DNA from: Phoronis australis
Taxonomy: Eukaryota; Animalia; Phoronida
Assembly: GCA_002633005.1 (NCBI GenBank)
Contig: NMRA01000089.1
Span: 496,001-560,000 of the forward strand
Direction of reading: 5' to 3'
Length of the DNA: 64,000 bases
A program made the position numbers and the translations under genes. Shown here piece by piece: positions 1-12,366 of the stretch. Position 1 is the first letter of the stretch; each line of letters starts with the position of its first letter. The notes beneath the pieces are model-generated. The model was not told the DNA's origin and searched no databases. It saw only the letters and a list, made by a program, of their open reading frames with translations.

Positions 1-745
1 AATGCGGCTGATCAGAATTTCTATTATAATATTATGCCTTTTTGTGACTATTCCAGATGACATTAGATTTTCTCATGTAGTCTAAGTGTTACCTGGTGTC
101 TTTTGTTCAGCACGACTATGATGATATGAAGGCCGTTATATCTCACCCTTGAAAGAGATACTATTGGAGTCATTGCTTAGGCAATAATTTCTGTGCACCA
201 CACAAAAAGAGCTTAGACCAACCTTTTTGATATTGCAGGCAGTTGNCAGCATATCACTTGTATATATGCTGCTGCGCAATTTTACAGTGATGCTCCCTTC
301 CGCCTTGCCCCTGTTTGTTTTTGGATGTGTGGTTGAAATAGGAGCAACTGATGGAATGCAACTTGCTCTACCTCTCAAACCAGTGTTAAAAATGGCTGTC
401 GTGGTGCTAACTTGGTCCTTGTCAGTCGTGTTTACACAAACACTCGAGCCCGATCAATTGTTCCATGTTAGTTGCATCATGACAAATTGTCTCCCATGTA
501 AATGCGGCTGATCAGAATTTCTATTATAATATTATGCCTTTTTGTGACTATTCCAGATGACATTAGATTTTCTCATGTAGTCTAAGTGTTACCTGGTGTC
601 TTTTGTTCAGCACGACTATGATGATATGAAGGCCGTTATATCTCACCCTTGAAAGAGATACTATTGGAGTCATTGCTTAGGCAATAATTTCTGTGCACCA
701 CACAAAAAGAGCTTAGACCAACCTTTTTGATATTGCAGGCAGTTG
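1..745. repeat. Direct duplication: 1-245 repeated at 501-745, N at 246 (probable assembly overlap artifact)
   Basis: Sequence from position 1 (aatgcggctgatcag...gcaggcagttg) recurs apparently identically from 501. The first copy ends exactly at a single N. Confidence 0.85.
247..508 (+). mobile_element. 3' part of a MITE family also present at 31031-31468
   Basis: 370-508 (cctctcaaaccagtgttaaaatggctg...tcagtcgtgtttacaca...tgtaaatgcggct) aligns by eye with 31330-31468. Confidence 0.6.
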
Positions 746-3510
746 GCACATTGCAGTTCTTGTACTTATCTATTGACACTGTACATGGTGTCATGGAGTC
801 AATTGTGTTTCGTGCTGATCTTTAAATTCTACTTTAAGATATTGCCCGATGGTGCTAATACAATTACACGTATGATATGGGGTCATAGAAAATGAAAGTA
901 CGAGGTATGTCATGTGCAAAAGTGATAATTTTCTAAGGTACAATGCTCACAGTTTATATGAAACCCTCTTGAACTTATCTCTCAGTATTCAAAGAATTGC
1001 TATTGAAGTAATTGACAGTGTTATATTTCTGGGCTCCAGACAACAGGAACTTAGGTCAGCCTTCCTTATATTTTGTGTTGTTAGACCATCACCGTGCATG
1101 TACTTATAATTATTTACAAAGTTAAAGGCACCATGGAACACGCTCTTTTTCTTATGCTGATCTCCAAATTCTATTTTAAGATGTAGTATGATGGTGCTAA
1201 TTTATCTGGGTATAACCTGCTGGACTGTAGAACCTGGAATTGGTATGTCACTTGATAAACTGATCATTTCTCACCTGCTGGGCTCACTGTTTTCAAGTAT
1301 GGTGAACTGAAGTACATAAATTTCAGACACTTTTGTGTTGTATGTTTTGTTATATATTGCAAGTAATTACTGGAGATTTTACTGTTTATTGAAACTTCTA
1401 TTTTACTCAAGTATTGGTTGTTGTATATTTTTGTCAAATATACTGTGAAAAATGTAATTGAAATCATGTATCTTTTTATGCTAGACAGTCACAATATTGT
1501 TTTTTCATCAAACAAAAATATTCACATCATATTTTTTGAGAAGAGGGTCGCCATTCTTTAAGTATCTTTTTAGGGAGGGAGGGAAATCCTCAAAGGGGAA
1601 AACCGCTTCATTGAGGACCAGGCAAAATATGCTATGATACAATATAACACAAGAAAACAACAGAAAATATAAGACAGTATTTATGATTTATTCGTTGATA
1701 CATTTTACATACGATTGCAAGACTGTCGTATGGAATCAACAGCGTACTGTACGTCAATAAATAAACCCCTCAGTAAAAATAAAGTGGTGATACATTCCTA
1801 CACTCCGCAGAATACAGCAAGATAAACACATTGTTCTTGTATAAGTATTAGCTGAATACAAGTGCCGCACTAACATTACGCCCTACCTCAGACCACTCTC
1901 TGAAATCCTGCTACCTTAACCCCTCAGTTCTTAAAAATACGATTTTTGTTAAACAAAATAAATATTTTCCAGTGGTACGATGCAGTCACAGTCGTATGAC
2001 CCTTTCTCTCATTGCTGTCACATTAGATTGGTCACATATAGTGAAAATTTGAATTTTTAACATATCGAACAGAAATTCTCCAGTTGTTTTAGTAGGGCAA
2101 AAACATTCCAAACATTTTAAGCCCAAATTGGTTTGATTTACAAAAAAAAAATATGTTTGGTCGATTATTCAAAGCAAAAGTACTATTGACAACATGAAAG
2201 TAAGTGACTTTAATCCAGTGTTTGTAATACTCAGTGATATTTACACACACTTGCCGGCTAATGAGATTATGATATGCAAAATCGAAATCTGCCAACCTCG
2301 TGTGTATATATGATAGCTCCTTAATCACACCAACCTACTGTCCTAATATTTGAAGTCCAGTTAATAACGATGCAACACGAGTTTGTTTTCTTACTTTATA
2401 CCATAAACAAGGTTTCTGCAGAAATCTTCCAGTCATTCAGATTTTTTACACCATATTTTTGCATGGTGTTTTCTTTGTTACCGCCCACATTTTACATTAC
2501 TGTGGCAAGCGTTGAAATGTATATCCATACACTAACTTCCATTTTCCAATCGTTCGTTGCTAGGGCCCGTAAATGGGGTCGTACTAAAGACGTTCGTACC
2601 TCCAATTTGATGAATTCCTAATTCAGATGCTGTCTTCTTGAAATATCTAAGTAACTAGCAACTGTCAACCCATAAAATTATACATTCTCTGAAAGTGTAA
2701 GAGTTGGGGTAAATCTATTAATGTAATTCACGACACTGTCATTTGTTATTAAAAATGCGTTATAAAAATGCCTGTGTTATTGAAAATATTTTTGAAAGGT
2801 GTATACATTGATAGGGAAAACCCCTTTTGTCGGCGTTCATCAAACTTGAAATATGAAGGTAGTCTTTTAACTATAGAATGTGTAGAATGTGACCTACTAT
2901 CCGTTCATGTCAGTAGCGATTTTCGCTCTTACAAAAAACGTAGCATTGACTTAAAAATGTGCTATGACCGGTTTAGTAACGAAATGACAGTATTCCTAAG
3001 AAAATTTAATAAAACAGGACCCTGGTGCCCTAATTTGTTTCAGGCTAAGTGTCACAACTATAATAGTTCGTATTAATTTGAATGGTACAAGATACATATT
3101 TCAATCAAACAGTCATTGAACTAATTGCCCTTGACGATGGGAGTGTCACGACTAGCCGCCATTGGAATATTCTTGTTTTGCCCTGCCATCACTCGTCTGA
3201 GAGGAGTTGGTAGAAGGATAACGTTTTCAATCCGACACCAAAGTTTCATTTCGACGCCAACACAAGTTTATGCATTAGAATTATTTTTGTCGCTGATTTC
3301 CTTTGTTTTCGTGTCACGCACATCACACAACGTCCAGAGCGACACCTCTCGTGGCTCCCCAAATTCCTCTATATTGAGATCGTGGTCGACATGCAACACT
3401 AAAACAAAATGTACCACGTTGAGCTAGGAGCGGATCTAGAGGGTATCGTGAAGAGATCCTACATATCCTGGACCGCTCCTGGTAACATCGTTCGTTATGA
3501 AAACTAGATT

Positions 3511-4749
3511 TTACATTTTTCGTGGGCGTATATATCGACAGTTTTGATGCACTTTCCACCAATTTTTTATACTTTTATCTTCCTCTCCTAATTCCCTCAG
3601 CGCCGTTTCGCGCGCTTTCGTAATTTCTGCTGTGGTGAGGGTTAGGAGCCATTTTTGTGCCCGCTCCTTCGCTTTGCATAAGTCATTCTCGTCTGGTTCC
3701 AAAGGCATCGGCGATGCAATATCTCGCGTAGGGTTAATAGGAATAGTAATTCGTTCTTTCTTCTTTTTCTTCATTGCCTCCTCTCGCTTTTGTTTCATCA
3801 AGGTCGGATCCAGGGCGTTTGCACACAACTCATATGCTGCGCGCACAACGTTGTTTTCATGGCCTGTCGAATGGGAGTTATATATTTTGCCGAGATATCC
3901 AATGCTTCTAGGGGTTTCAGGCGTACTTTTAGTGGAACCTAAACCGATTTCAACTAGTCTTAGATAATCTAATAATGGCTTTGGATCGACCTTTATATAG
4001 TCATCGGGCAATTTAGTTGCCTTTTTCTTTTTCAACATGTGCTTTTCAGTTTGACTTTCCAAAGTATTTTCGATGCTATGCTCGCTTGATATTGGTGAAC
4101 AAACCTCTCCGTCGTTGGACGCAGAAAATTCTTGCGTTTCATCGCTTCCGAGGGACGTTGCGCTTAATTTCCGAATAATAGAGAGTGGTTTGTTTGTCGA
4201 GGTCTCTGGCTGTTTACCTAATTTACGGGCTTTAAAATCCCGCCTTGCCATTCGGGCACTTTCCACGCTGTCAAATAACTTTGGGTCCATTCCTGACTTT
4301 TTCAATACCCTGTCATGGCAACTAAAGAAACTTTTTCTTGCAACAGTCCCGTAATATTCTGGCGGCGCTGTTCGTGGTCGACGAACTTTGATGCGTGATT
4401 TTGCTGACTGATTTTGCCAACCCTCGTTGAATGCGTATGCTTGAAAACATTCACGACTTCGCGATTTTTTCAGCACGTTTCCCATACTACCTGATACTCC
4501 AGTTAAACCATCCATTGTCAACAATGATGTTGACTTCGTTGCATTTTGCTCTCGCCGAGCGGGCATTTCAAAGAATGGCGTGTACTGGCGTTCTAAAGAG
4601 TTCATGAATTCTGTAACTTCTAATCTGATGTCCGAATATTTAAACACGCTCGGAATACTGACTACCACTTCAGTTTTGCGTCGCTTTGTTTTCTTAGCCC
4701 TTATCTTCGGGTTAATCTGATCCAAACTCTCATTCCCGACCCAGCTCAT
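3511..4749 (-). CDS. Uncharacterized 412-aa basic, Lys/Arg/Ser-rich protein; single-exon CDS
   Basis: By far the longest clean ORF (1239 nt). In-frame stops lie just upstream of the ATG (tga taa acg aag ATG), and GC content is above the flanks. No recognizable catalytic or transposon motif; C-terminus ...KNWWKVHQNCRYIRPRKM. Confidence 0.8.
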   Translation of the reverse strand: MSWVGNESLDQINPKIRAKKTKRRKTEVVVSIPSVFKYSDIRLEVTEFMNSLERQYTPFFEMPARREQNATKSTSLLTMDGLTGVSGSMGNVLKKSRSRECFQAYAFNEGWQNQSAKSRIKVRRPRTAPPEYYGTVARKSFFSCHDRVLKKSGMDPKLFDSVESARMARRDFKARKLGKQPETSTNKPLSIIRKLSATSLGSDETQEFSASNDGEVCSPISSEHSIENTLESQTEKHMLKKKKATKLPDDYIKVDPKPLLDYLRLVEIGLGSTKSTPETPRSIGYLGKIYNSHSTGHENNVVRAAYELCANALDPTLMKQKREEAMKKKKKERITIPINPTRDIASPMPLEPDENDLCKAKERAQKWLLTLTTAEITKARETALRELGEEDKSIKNWWKVHQNCRYIRPRKM

Positions 4750-6393
4750 CTTCGTTTATCAAGTTGAGATTTGCTGCCGTCTCCCACGTTGGCAGATTTT
4801 AATTGCCTGGATGTGTCTCGTTGACTTCCGCAACCAATAAACCATGCGCGATTGTATGTATTTTACGTCTCTAGTCGTCAACAAACTCTCCGCAACTGAT
4901 CAAGTCGTGGCTTCGAATGGCCCATTGGAGTAGTGACGAAGTAAATGACAAATTAAATAAAAATAGGCCTACTCAAAGTGTCTTCACCGCAGTTAATGAG
5001 ATGTAGAATTGTGGGTTAGTAGTTAATTTGCAACGAAATTGCTGTCTCCGTCGTAGAAACTAAAATAGTTGAATATATACCTGGCGTGTACTAAATGCCC
5101 TGCATTGTTCGTAAGTCGAAGCGGTGTAGGTCCTCTAGGTGTCAACTACGTTTCTCTCACCGTCAAGTGATGTCTTCGCTCTTAGTATTGCACCATGTTT
5201 CACCGTTAATGTCTTTTCGTGACAATTCACCAAACATGCTCCATCACTTTTCTGATTTGCCGGTCAGGGCAAAGTAACGTATGCGTTTTCATACCGAACA
5301 TCACTTTCAAGTATTTCCATTTTATAAAATATCGGTAACTGAAAAATCGATCCACAACTTCAAAACAAACAGACTGTCAAGCCACGTCGCTAATCTGTTT
5401 GTCCAATTGTAAATTACGAAAGTGATGGTCACGAAAACAATTATTTTCATCACGTCCAAATCGGTTTTTGCCGCAAGCGTACATTCTCAGGTGCTATTTT
5501 TATGATTCAGTCTCTTTGAGCTTCTTTCATCGAACAAAATTTGACACCACATTCACTTCTTGCATTTTTTTCTTGAAATTGCTCCAGTATTTACGAAATT
5601 TCTCTGTAGCTATAACATCCTGATTGTTCGCCAACCACTGCATTAAATTCCATTATAGTATTTGAAGAACATGTTAATATGGCCTAACCATCTGTCCGTC
5701 GGCATAAATGTAATTTTACCAACGTGAACCATTCGCTGAATTCGTAAATTTACCCTGTCGTATTCCGGGGAGCCGTCGGTTAACCTAATGAGGAAAAGAC
5801 GCCTTACACACACAATTATTCCAAGCCGGGTGCTTGATCTCTCGAAGAGCCTCCCCTACGTGTTTTAATCCCAGCTTTATTAAAGGCGAACAACAAACAC
5901 TTCGATGACTTCTTATCGAGATCTGAGTGTTGACCACCTATATAACGGGTTTATCTACTGACCACACTGCGTGTGAGATGAAGTACAAAGTTTTGAGTCC
6001 CCCGACTTTACCGTGCTATCATACTACACTGTACACAGCTATCATTTCTTTCCAAAAGCACGAATTTGCCTCTTCAGGAAAGACTTCCATAATGCATCTT
6101 TAGCGCCTTATATGAACTATTCGACGATTTCCAATAGTGCCCTTTATAAAAGATTTATGCCGGTAGCGGCAACCTCCACTGTCCATTTCATATTTATCAT
6201 GCTGAAATCCAGCAAATAATTTGACAAAAACTACCAACATTTGCTTGTCCGCTCAGACCATAGGCCACTACTCTCGATGCCTAGTAATTCAAGGTTTATT
6301 ACGAAGCGAAATTTCCCAGTATAGTCTGTCAGAAATTACTAAAGTGTCTGATCAATTTTATCAAACCATCTTCTGTGCATTGGCCTGTAAATA

Positions 6394-6459
6394 TACATAC
6401 ATACAAACATACGTACAAACGTACATACATACGTACATACATACATATATACATACATA
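6394..6459. repeat. (TACA)n microsatellite, imperfect
   Basis: tacatacatacaaacatacgtacaaacgtacatacat... seen directly. Confidence 0.95.
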
Positions 6460-6693
6460 AATGTAGATTTAGGCACAGGCCAAGGAATAAATGAAACTTG
6501 ATCCTTTTCATGAGTGTGATCGTCGCCATTTAATTTAAAATGCACTTAACAGCAGATTAGCTCTGATATCTGTGATGATTAATTAAAAATTCCAATGAGA
6601 ATGACCGTTGATGGGACAGCACGTATTTTTAAATTACTATCGCTTCGTCGGTTACCCACGGATTTGATTGTTCTACAGAATCCCGGGTTTTAA

Positions 6694-7395
6694 GGTTATG
6701 TAGGACCTTTTAAAATGACAAGTCTATGTATTGAGCTAAATATTTACTGCAGATTTTACTATAAAAAGTGTATTTTTTAAAAGTAGAAATCATGTAATGA
6801 ATAGACGAAACGTTGAATGAACATGAACTTTTTCATTTGTGCGGCGATTGTCCGTTTTTAATCGTACTATGACTAAAAACTGATATAATTAAGACATTAT
6901 GTAGAATTGGATTTTTGACTTTTGCCGACTTTGATAGGAAAACAACGGTATGAATAACATAATGAATTTGTTTTGATATAAATGTTCAACATGTGATCTC
7001 AAAAACGCTGTTACAGATTTTTAAAATATCATTTCGATTTCGTATTTCGCAACTTTAGATTTTTTATAAAAATCATAGAAGTCCTATTTTTATATATGGC
7101 CCTTGATTAAAAAGTTGAACAGTTCAATTCCAAACACTGTTTTGGAGAACAGTAAGCAAAGCACACAATCTGAAAGTTTCAAATGAATGTGACTAGCAGT
7201 TTCTGAGATATGATGATCCGAAGTATTAGCCAAGCTTTGATATTGTTCTAGGGTCCTCCATACATACGTACATGCATGCATGCATACATACATACATACA
7301 TACAAACGTACATACATACGTACATACATACATACATACATACATACATACATACATACATACTTACATACATACATACATACATACATGTAACC
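6694..7395. mobile_element. TTAA-flanked non-autonomous DNA element (Kolobok-type termini)
   Basis: ttaa|GGTTATGTAGGACC at left; GGTCCTCCA[(TACA)n]TGTAACC|ttaa at right. Confidence 0.55.
7259..7389. repeat. (TACA)n microsatellite, ~130 bp
   Basis: Direct observation. Confidence 0.95.
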
Positions 7396-7970
7396 TTAAA
7401 AGGTCAATAAACACGTGATTTGGATGCCAAAACTCAGTTTTGATATAGGCCACTTAAATTCGTTCTCCTTTTGTTTTTCGATAAGATTAGAAACGATTTC
7501 TAGGAGTGAGAACCGGTCGTTTTTGCTTCACTAACCAGACTCACTAATTTTTTTAAATGTTGGTGCGTAGTAATTGCTGTTAAGTCGAGAAAGCGCTAGA
7601 AAGCGTTACATCCGGGCATTAAGTTGGTGGTCGCTGTTGGTTAGTTTTAGTCGCTAAGGTACTATTTCCTGCACCAAGGAAATCGTGGGCATTTTTTTAG
7701 TTTAAGTAAGTTTATTCGGTGACACAAGTAATAAAATAAGCACAGTAATTTTCCAAGAGGCGTTGCTAAGCGCAAACGCGCAAAGTTAGCAAAAATAACA
7801 AAAGCCGCGTGAAGAGCATTAGCACTAAGGATAACATCAATTAAAATTGGTGTGAAAATGCCGGTCCGTTACCGACGGTTCAAAGTCAGGTAAAATATTA
7901 CCGACGGTTCAAAGTCAGGTAAAATAGTATAAAATAAAGCACGAACGTCGGTATTAAAGTTTATTAAAAT

Positions 7971-8010
7971 AGTCCTCGCGTTTCGAGCGGTATACGCTCT
8001 TTATCAAGGG
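7971..8010 (-). ncRNA. Penelope-type minimal hammerhead-like motif (non-canonical core, probably a remnant)
   Basis: Minus strand reads cccTTGATAAA GAGCG tatac CGCTC GAAA CGCG aggact, followed by ttttaataaa. This gives a perfect stem II, GAAA and a palindromic CGCG, but the core is UUGAUAA rather than CUGANGA. Confidence 0.45.
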
Positions 8011-8436
8011 TACGATACAGACTGCCGAATAGATAGTGTACAACGTAGCACAGTCGATAATAACAGAGAGACTTCGCATACAGCGCACTTTACAATAATA
8101 ATTAGGCTTGTACATGTAATTAAAACACAATATACATATAGTATTTCATGACAAGCAACAACACACTAAAACAATTCTCAAACATTAGTTTTAAGAGGCG
8201 CCTAAGTTGTTTAGGAAGAGCAAACACCTGTAAAGAAATTCGATGTTTTTAAACCAGAACATAGTTTAAAGTGGCTTAAGTATCGCTGAGATATACAATA
8301 TCTTTATTTGGAAATGGTTAATTATAAAAAGTGACATTTCCCATGCGTTGCTTTCTCAATAGAGCTATTGTTGTGTCAATAAGCGGGAATCATGTACTTT
8401 CTTGAAAATAATTATTGCACGCAGTAAAGAAATCTG

Positions 8437-8873
8437 TGCCCGGTTGCGTGAAACAGTCCTAAATAGGGACTCAACTAAGTTTCCTAAATGCACTGCGTAT
8501 TTTTGGACTTATGAAAACATCGATTGCCCTTTCTTATATTGTTTTAGTTTCATTACTAAGTCAACTTTTGACTTTGATACAAATCGAGAGAGAACTCTAC
8601 GTTAAATTGTCAACCATCGAAAATAATTAGGGATCTTTTCATACAACACCCCCAATTTAAGGACTAAGTCCCTATTTATTTTCAATGAGCTCTGCGGGCT
8701 GAGTTTTTATTTATATTAGTAGAAAATGTCATTAATTAAAGAGGAGCTCATAATTAAGATGATGATAGAAAAAATATTGCATCTGTGAGTCCACATACAG
8801 ACACAAATAAGAAAAAAGACTTAGGGACCTTCAAGTTGAGTCCCTATTTAGGACTGTTTCGTGTAACCGGCCA
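8437..8873. mobile_element. PIF/Harbinger-type MITE
   Basis: ~38-bp TIRs (tgcccggttgcgtgaaacagtcctaaatagggactcaact / agttgagtccctatttaggactgtttcgtgtaaccggcca) with CTG on both flanks as a 3-bp TSD. Confidence 0.8.
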
Positions 8874-9811
8874 CTGGAGACCCCCTACAGATACAATAAT
8901 GTTTGTTTTGAAATGGCTAGAAAACGTGCTAAAGCGTGAAAACGCGGACAGGCGAGAAATCGCAGTTGTGCGTGAAACGCATACGTACCCACGGAACATT
9001 ATCGTAGAACTTTAATTCGTTTCCGCAGTAATTGTTTCAATTAAAGTGCCCACTTGTGTTGTTGAATAAACCATGCAATATATACAGCTTGCAGTAGATA
9101 AGATCGTTGCGTAAGTGTGAAGAGGCCGAGTAAGCATTCTTAGTGTGCAAATTTATATTGGGTACACATCCAGTCCAATTGTTGTCTCCAGTTTCTTCTA
9201 AATGCTCAGTGAAGTAATTAACATGCCGTATAGGCTTAGTTCTGCTGGCATTTTACTGGCCGCATCCGGTAAGAGCTAGCTCAGAGGAGCACTCAGGGGT
9301 GGTGGTACGCTACTGAGACCATGCGCGCACCCAGGGGCGCTCAGTTTTTTTGTTAGCAAAAGCCTGATCACTTTATCAGAGATTCGAGCCCTCCATATTA
9401 AAGGCTGGGTGCGCGCGTGGAGACATTCGAATTCCCAGTTCTCTGATCCTTCTGAGAATCGGACAGCAGCCGGGAAAATAGGCAGGATCATGAGCTCAGT
9501 CGGAAATCGTCACTCTTAGTATTTGTTGTACTAAAGTTTGACCAGTGACTAATATTTTCTCGCACGCCCACCCAAACCTCCAAGACGCCGAATCCTTTCC
9601 TACTTAGTTTTTCATGTCAGCCGCCTCTCCACGATATTCAAATCCTCTCATTGAGTGTAAATCATCCGATTTCTTACGTGAAGTAAATTCCAGGGGGTAC
9701 TAATTCATTGTGTAGGCCTATCTATCAGAAAGTAAAGTTTGGTTTATTTTAATTAGCGAAATTGTATTTTACGGTCTTTATTATAGTTTTTTTGAGTTTA
9801 TGTCAGTACTA

Positions 9812-10037
9812 GGCCAAATGCCGCACTGATCCGTAAGTCGAATCGGTTCAGAATTTTGGACATTTATAGTTTTAAATTATTCGGAAACTAGTGATAAGTT
9901 TTCATCCGATAGATCACAGACAATTGTGAGGTATGGTTCTGAGTAAATCGGTTTGTGCTAAAATTCGTATTTACGAAATTTAAAACAAAATTAAAACGGA
10001 CATCATAAGTCCGACGGATACAGGGCGCTTTCTGGTA
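9812..10037. mobile_element. Probable small MITE
   Basis: Imperfect inverted ends ccaaatgccgcactgatccgt / acggatacagggcgctttctgg. Confidence 0.35.
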
Positions 10038-10426
10038 CGCTCATCACAGACGACTCTTTTGCGCCTAATGGTCGAAAACATTCTAGCAAAGACGTTAACA
10101 GTCTCTGAAACTAGTGAGCCAGTGTTTTCAGGGCTCCACCTATCGGACAAAAGTTTGCTTCCGGAAAGTTATATCTGTGTGAGTACATGTACAGTGCAAG
10201 CCTGTTGCACAGATACTGGATAATTGTGATTATGTTTATTTATTACAGTCTATGGTTACACTTCTGGCAAATTAATAGGTGTAACACTTCCGGATTTGTT
10301 CTGCCTTCCACTCTTTCTCAGAGACAGCTAAAGAACTCCACTTCGCGGATCGTAGGCCATCGTGATGCATCTGACACTGACAGTGACACTGCTGTCTGTC
10401 GGCGTCAGGCGTCATAGCTAGCTAGC

Positions 10427-10998
10427 TAGACTCGCTGGTTCCCTACGTGTTTAGCCAACACGCAGGTATCACGCAGTAGCATGTGCTTTAGCATTGGTTG
10501 ATGTAACCTCAGCAGTCATTGGTTAACTTTATAACAACGTAAAAAAATGGCAGATTACAAATGATTTTTAACCTTTTTGTGCAAGTGGCGTAGCAGCAAC
10601 TATTTCGTTCCTGCAGTAGTGTTTAATAGCTGCGTGCTTAAGCACATACATGTACAATAAACACATATCTGGCAGTGTGTTATTTATACTGTATGAATGC
10701 AGGACAGTATCGTAAACAAAAGTCATCGACAGTAGAAAGATGCACTCCGAAAAGGCGCAACCACAATCATGGGATTCATATTTCTTGAACATCAGTTTTA
10801 AGCACCAATTTATCAGTACAACAGACCACATTTACACTTCCTCCATCAGTCATGCCAGTTTGTTTGCGTAAAGCGGTGCCTGTTGAGAATTTGACCAGCC
10901 AATCAGAAACGCCGGTGTAAAAAAATTTCCCAAGGAAAATTAAGCTATACCTGCGTGCTGGCTACCCCCTAGCGGCATGCAGGAAACCAGCGAGGCTA
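10427..10998. mobile_element. MITE with TAG...CTA termini (Academ-like)
   Basis: TIRs tagactcgctggttccct...tagccaacacgcaggtat / atacctgcgtgctggcta...aggaaaccagcgaggcta. The TSD is ambiguous within a (gcta)n context. Confidence 0.65.
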
Positions 10999-12304
10999 GC
11001 TAGAGAATGATATAAAAAGTTGGCAAAGTGTAGCTGACTTTTTCAGTCCATTCCAACTCAATATAGTCCTCCCGCAACGAAACTAATTAATGTAGCATCA
11101 ACTGTGTGCAAATTTTTGTGACAATCACATGACACCTTCTTATTTCTGACATCACTCTCCTGCTTTTGTTGCAAAGACAATTCAGACATCGATTTCAAAA
11201 CGGTATGCTTGTGATACACGTGTCGTTTTCTCGATGTTTAATCTTGTCATTTTTCGGAAGATCATAACAACATCTCAGAACGACAGAAGCAACATTTCCT
11301 TAGAATTCCATTTTTTGGTAATAATAAAGTGTCCAAAACTACCAATGACGTGCAACCACTTCTAGTAATTTCATGTAAACTGTGACTGTGTGCAAACTTG
11401 AGGCAAAAGAGCAGTAGATTGAAGAATTGGTGAAAATAGAAGTTGGCCAACATGTGGCGCTCTGTGTTCTGACATACAATGATCTCTCCACAAATTTAAT
11501 TGCAGAATAACAGCATCCACTTTCCGAGCTAGTTTACTAATAAGAGTTATTTGTAGTTTTGACTGCATTAATTTTATGTCAGATTATGTTTTGCTTGCAT
11601 TTTACCAAAATTATTCCATTAACCTGTACATAGTACAGCTCTGCATCAAGGCTACTGAACCGTACAAATACCACAGGTGGATTGGTCTGCAAAAAATAAA
11701 GCAGTGACAGCGTGAGGAAATATTAACATTGTACTGCGAAAACAAGATTTGGCAATTTGTGGAGTTTTAGTTTGTGTGTGCGTTTAGGGGGGGAGGAGGA
11801 CTCAGACCCGATTTCAAGTGTCCGTTTCAAACAACCGGCACAATGGTAACGATAACTATGGCTGATTAATGCCGCTCTCGGTCGATATGCGCTGATATCC
11901 CAGGCGAATGGCTGTGGTGCTGCACACTACGACTCCGTTACCATCACCTGCTCCACTGTGCAATAAAGAAAATTACTTTGTTTTTTCAATGTAAACGGAA
12001 GCTGAGTGACGATGAAGAAATAGAAGCCGGAAAGATGTAAATTTTAATCGAAGCCTTAGTGACTCACTCAGAAACTTATACTTCTCTCTTTGTCAAGCAT
12101 TAAAATTGAAGACGATTTGCAAAGCAAGCGCGGGGTTAATGCCAACACGAAAAATGGATTTGGTTTCTTGGGTAACTGAAAACTGTTTGAAATACATCAA
12201 ACTTTTGCTACGAACTGGTATCACAAAACGGAAAGAAGCAGGTTCGCGCACGTACGCTGTGGACCATAAACAAGTATGTCTCTTAGCACAGTGTTTAGTT
12301 GGAA

Positions 12305-12366
12305 GCATGGTGATGCAATGGAGGAGTACATGCACTCTCATCAATAGGTTGTGAGTTCAAATCCTT
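12305..12366 (+). mobile_element. Decayed tRNA-derived SINE-like head
   Basis: A-box-like tggtgatgcaatgg and B-box-like gagttcaaatcc at tRNA-like spacing; no cloverleaf. Confidence 0.3.

Noticed and set aside
1-745. Real tandem duplication or LTR pair
   Set aside because: Identical copies exactly 500 bp apart, broken at an N; typical of a scaffolding overlap.
3632-4354. Plus-strand ORFs overlapping the 412-aa gene
   Set aside because: Antisense shadows of the real CDS.
7090-7389. MYVC-repeat ORFs (also 6329-6545)
   Set aside because: Translation of (TACA)n microsatellites.
7870-7926. 29-bp tandem duplication (a similar one lies at ~23555-23620)
   Set aside because: Ordinary local slippage duplications with no further structure.
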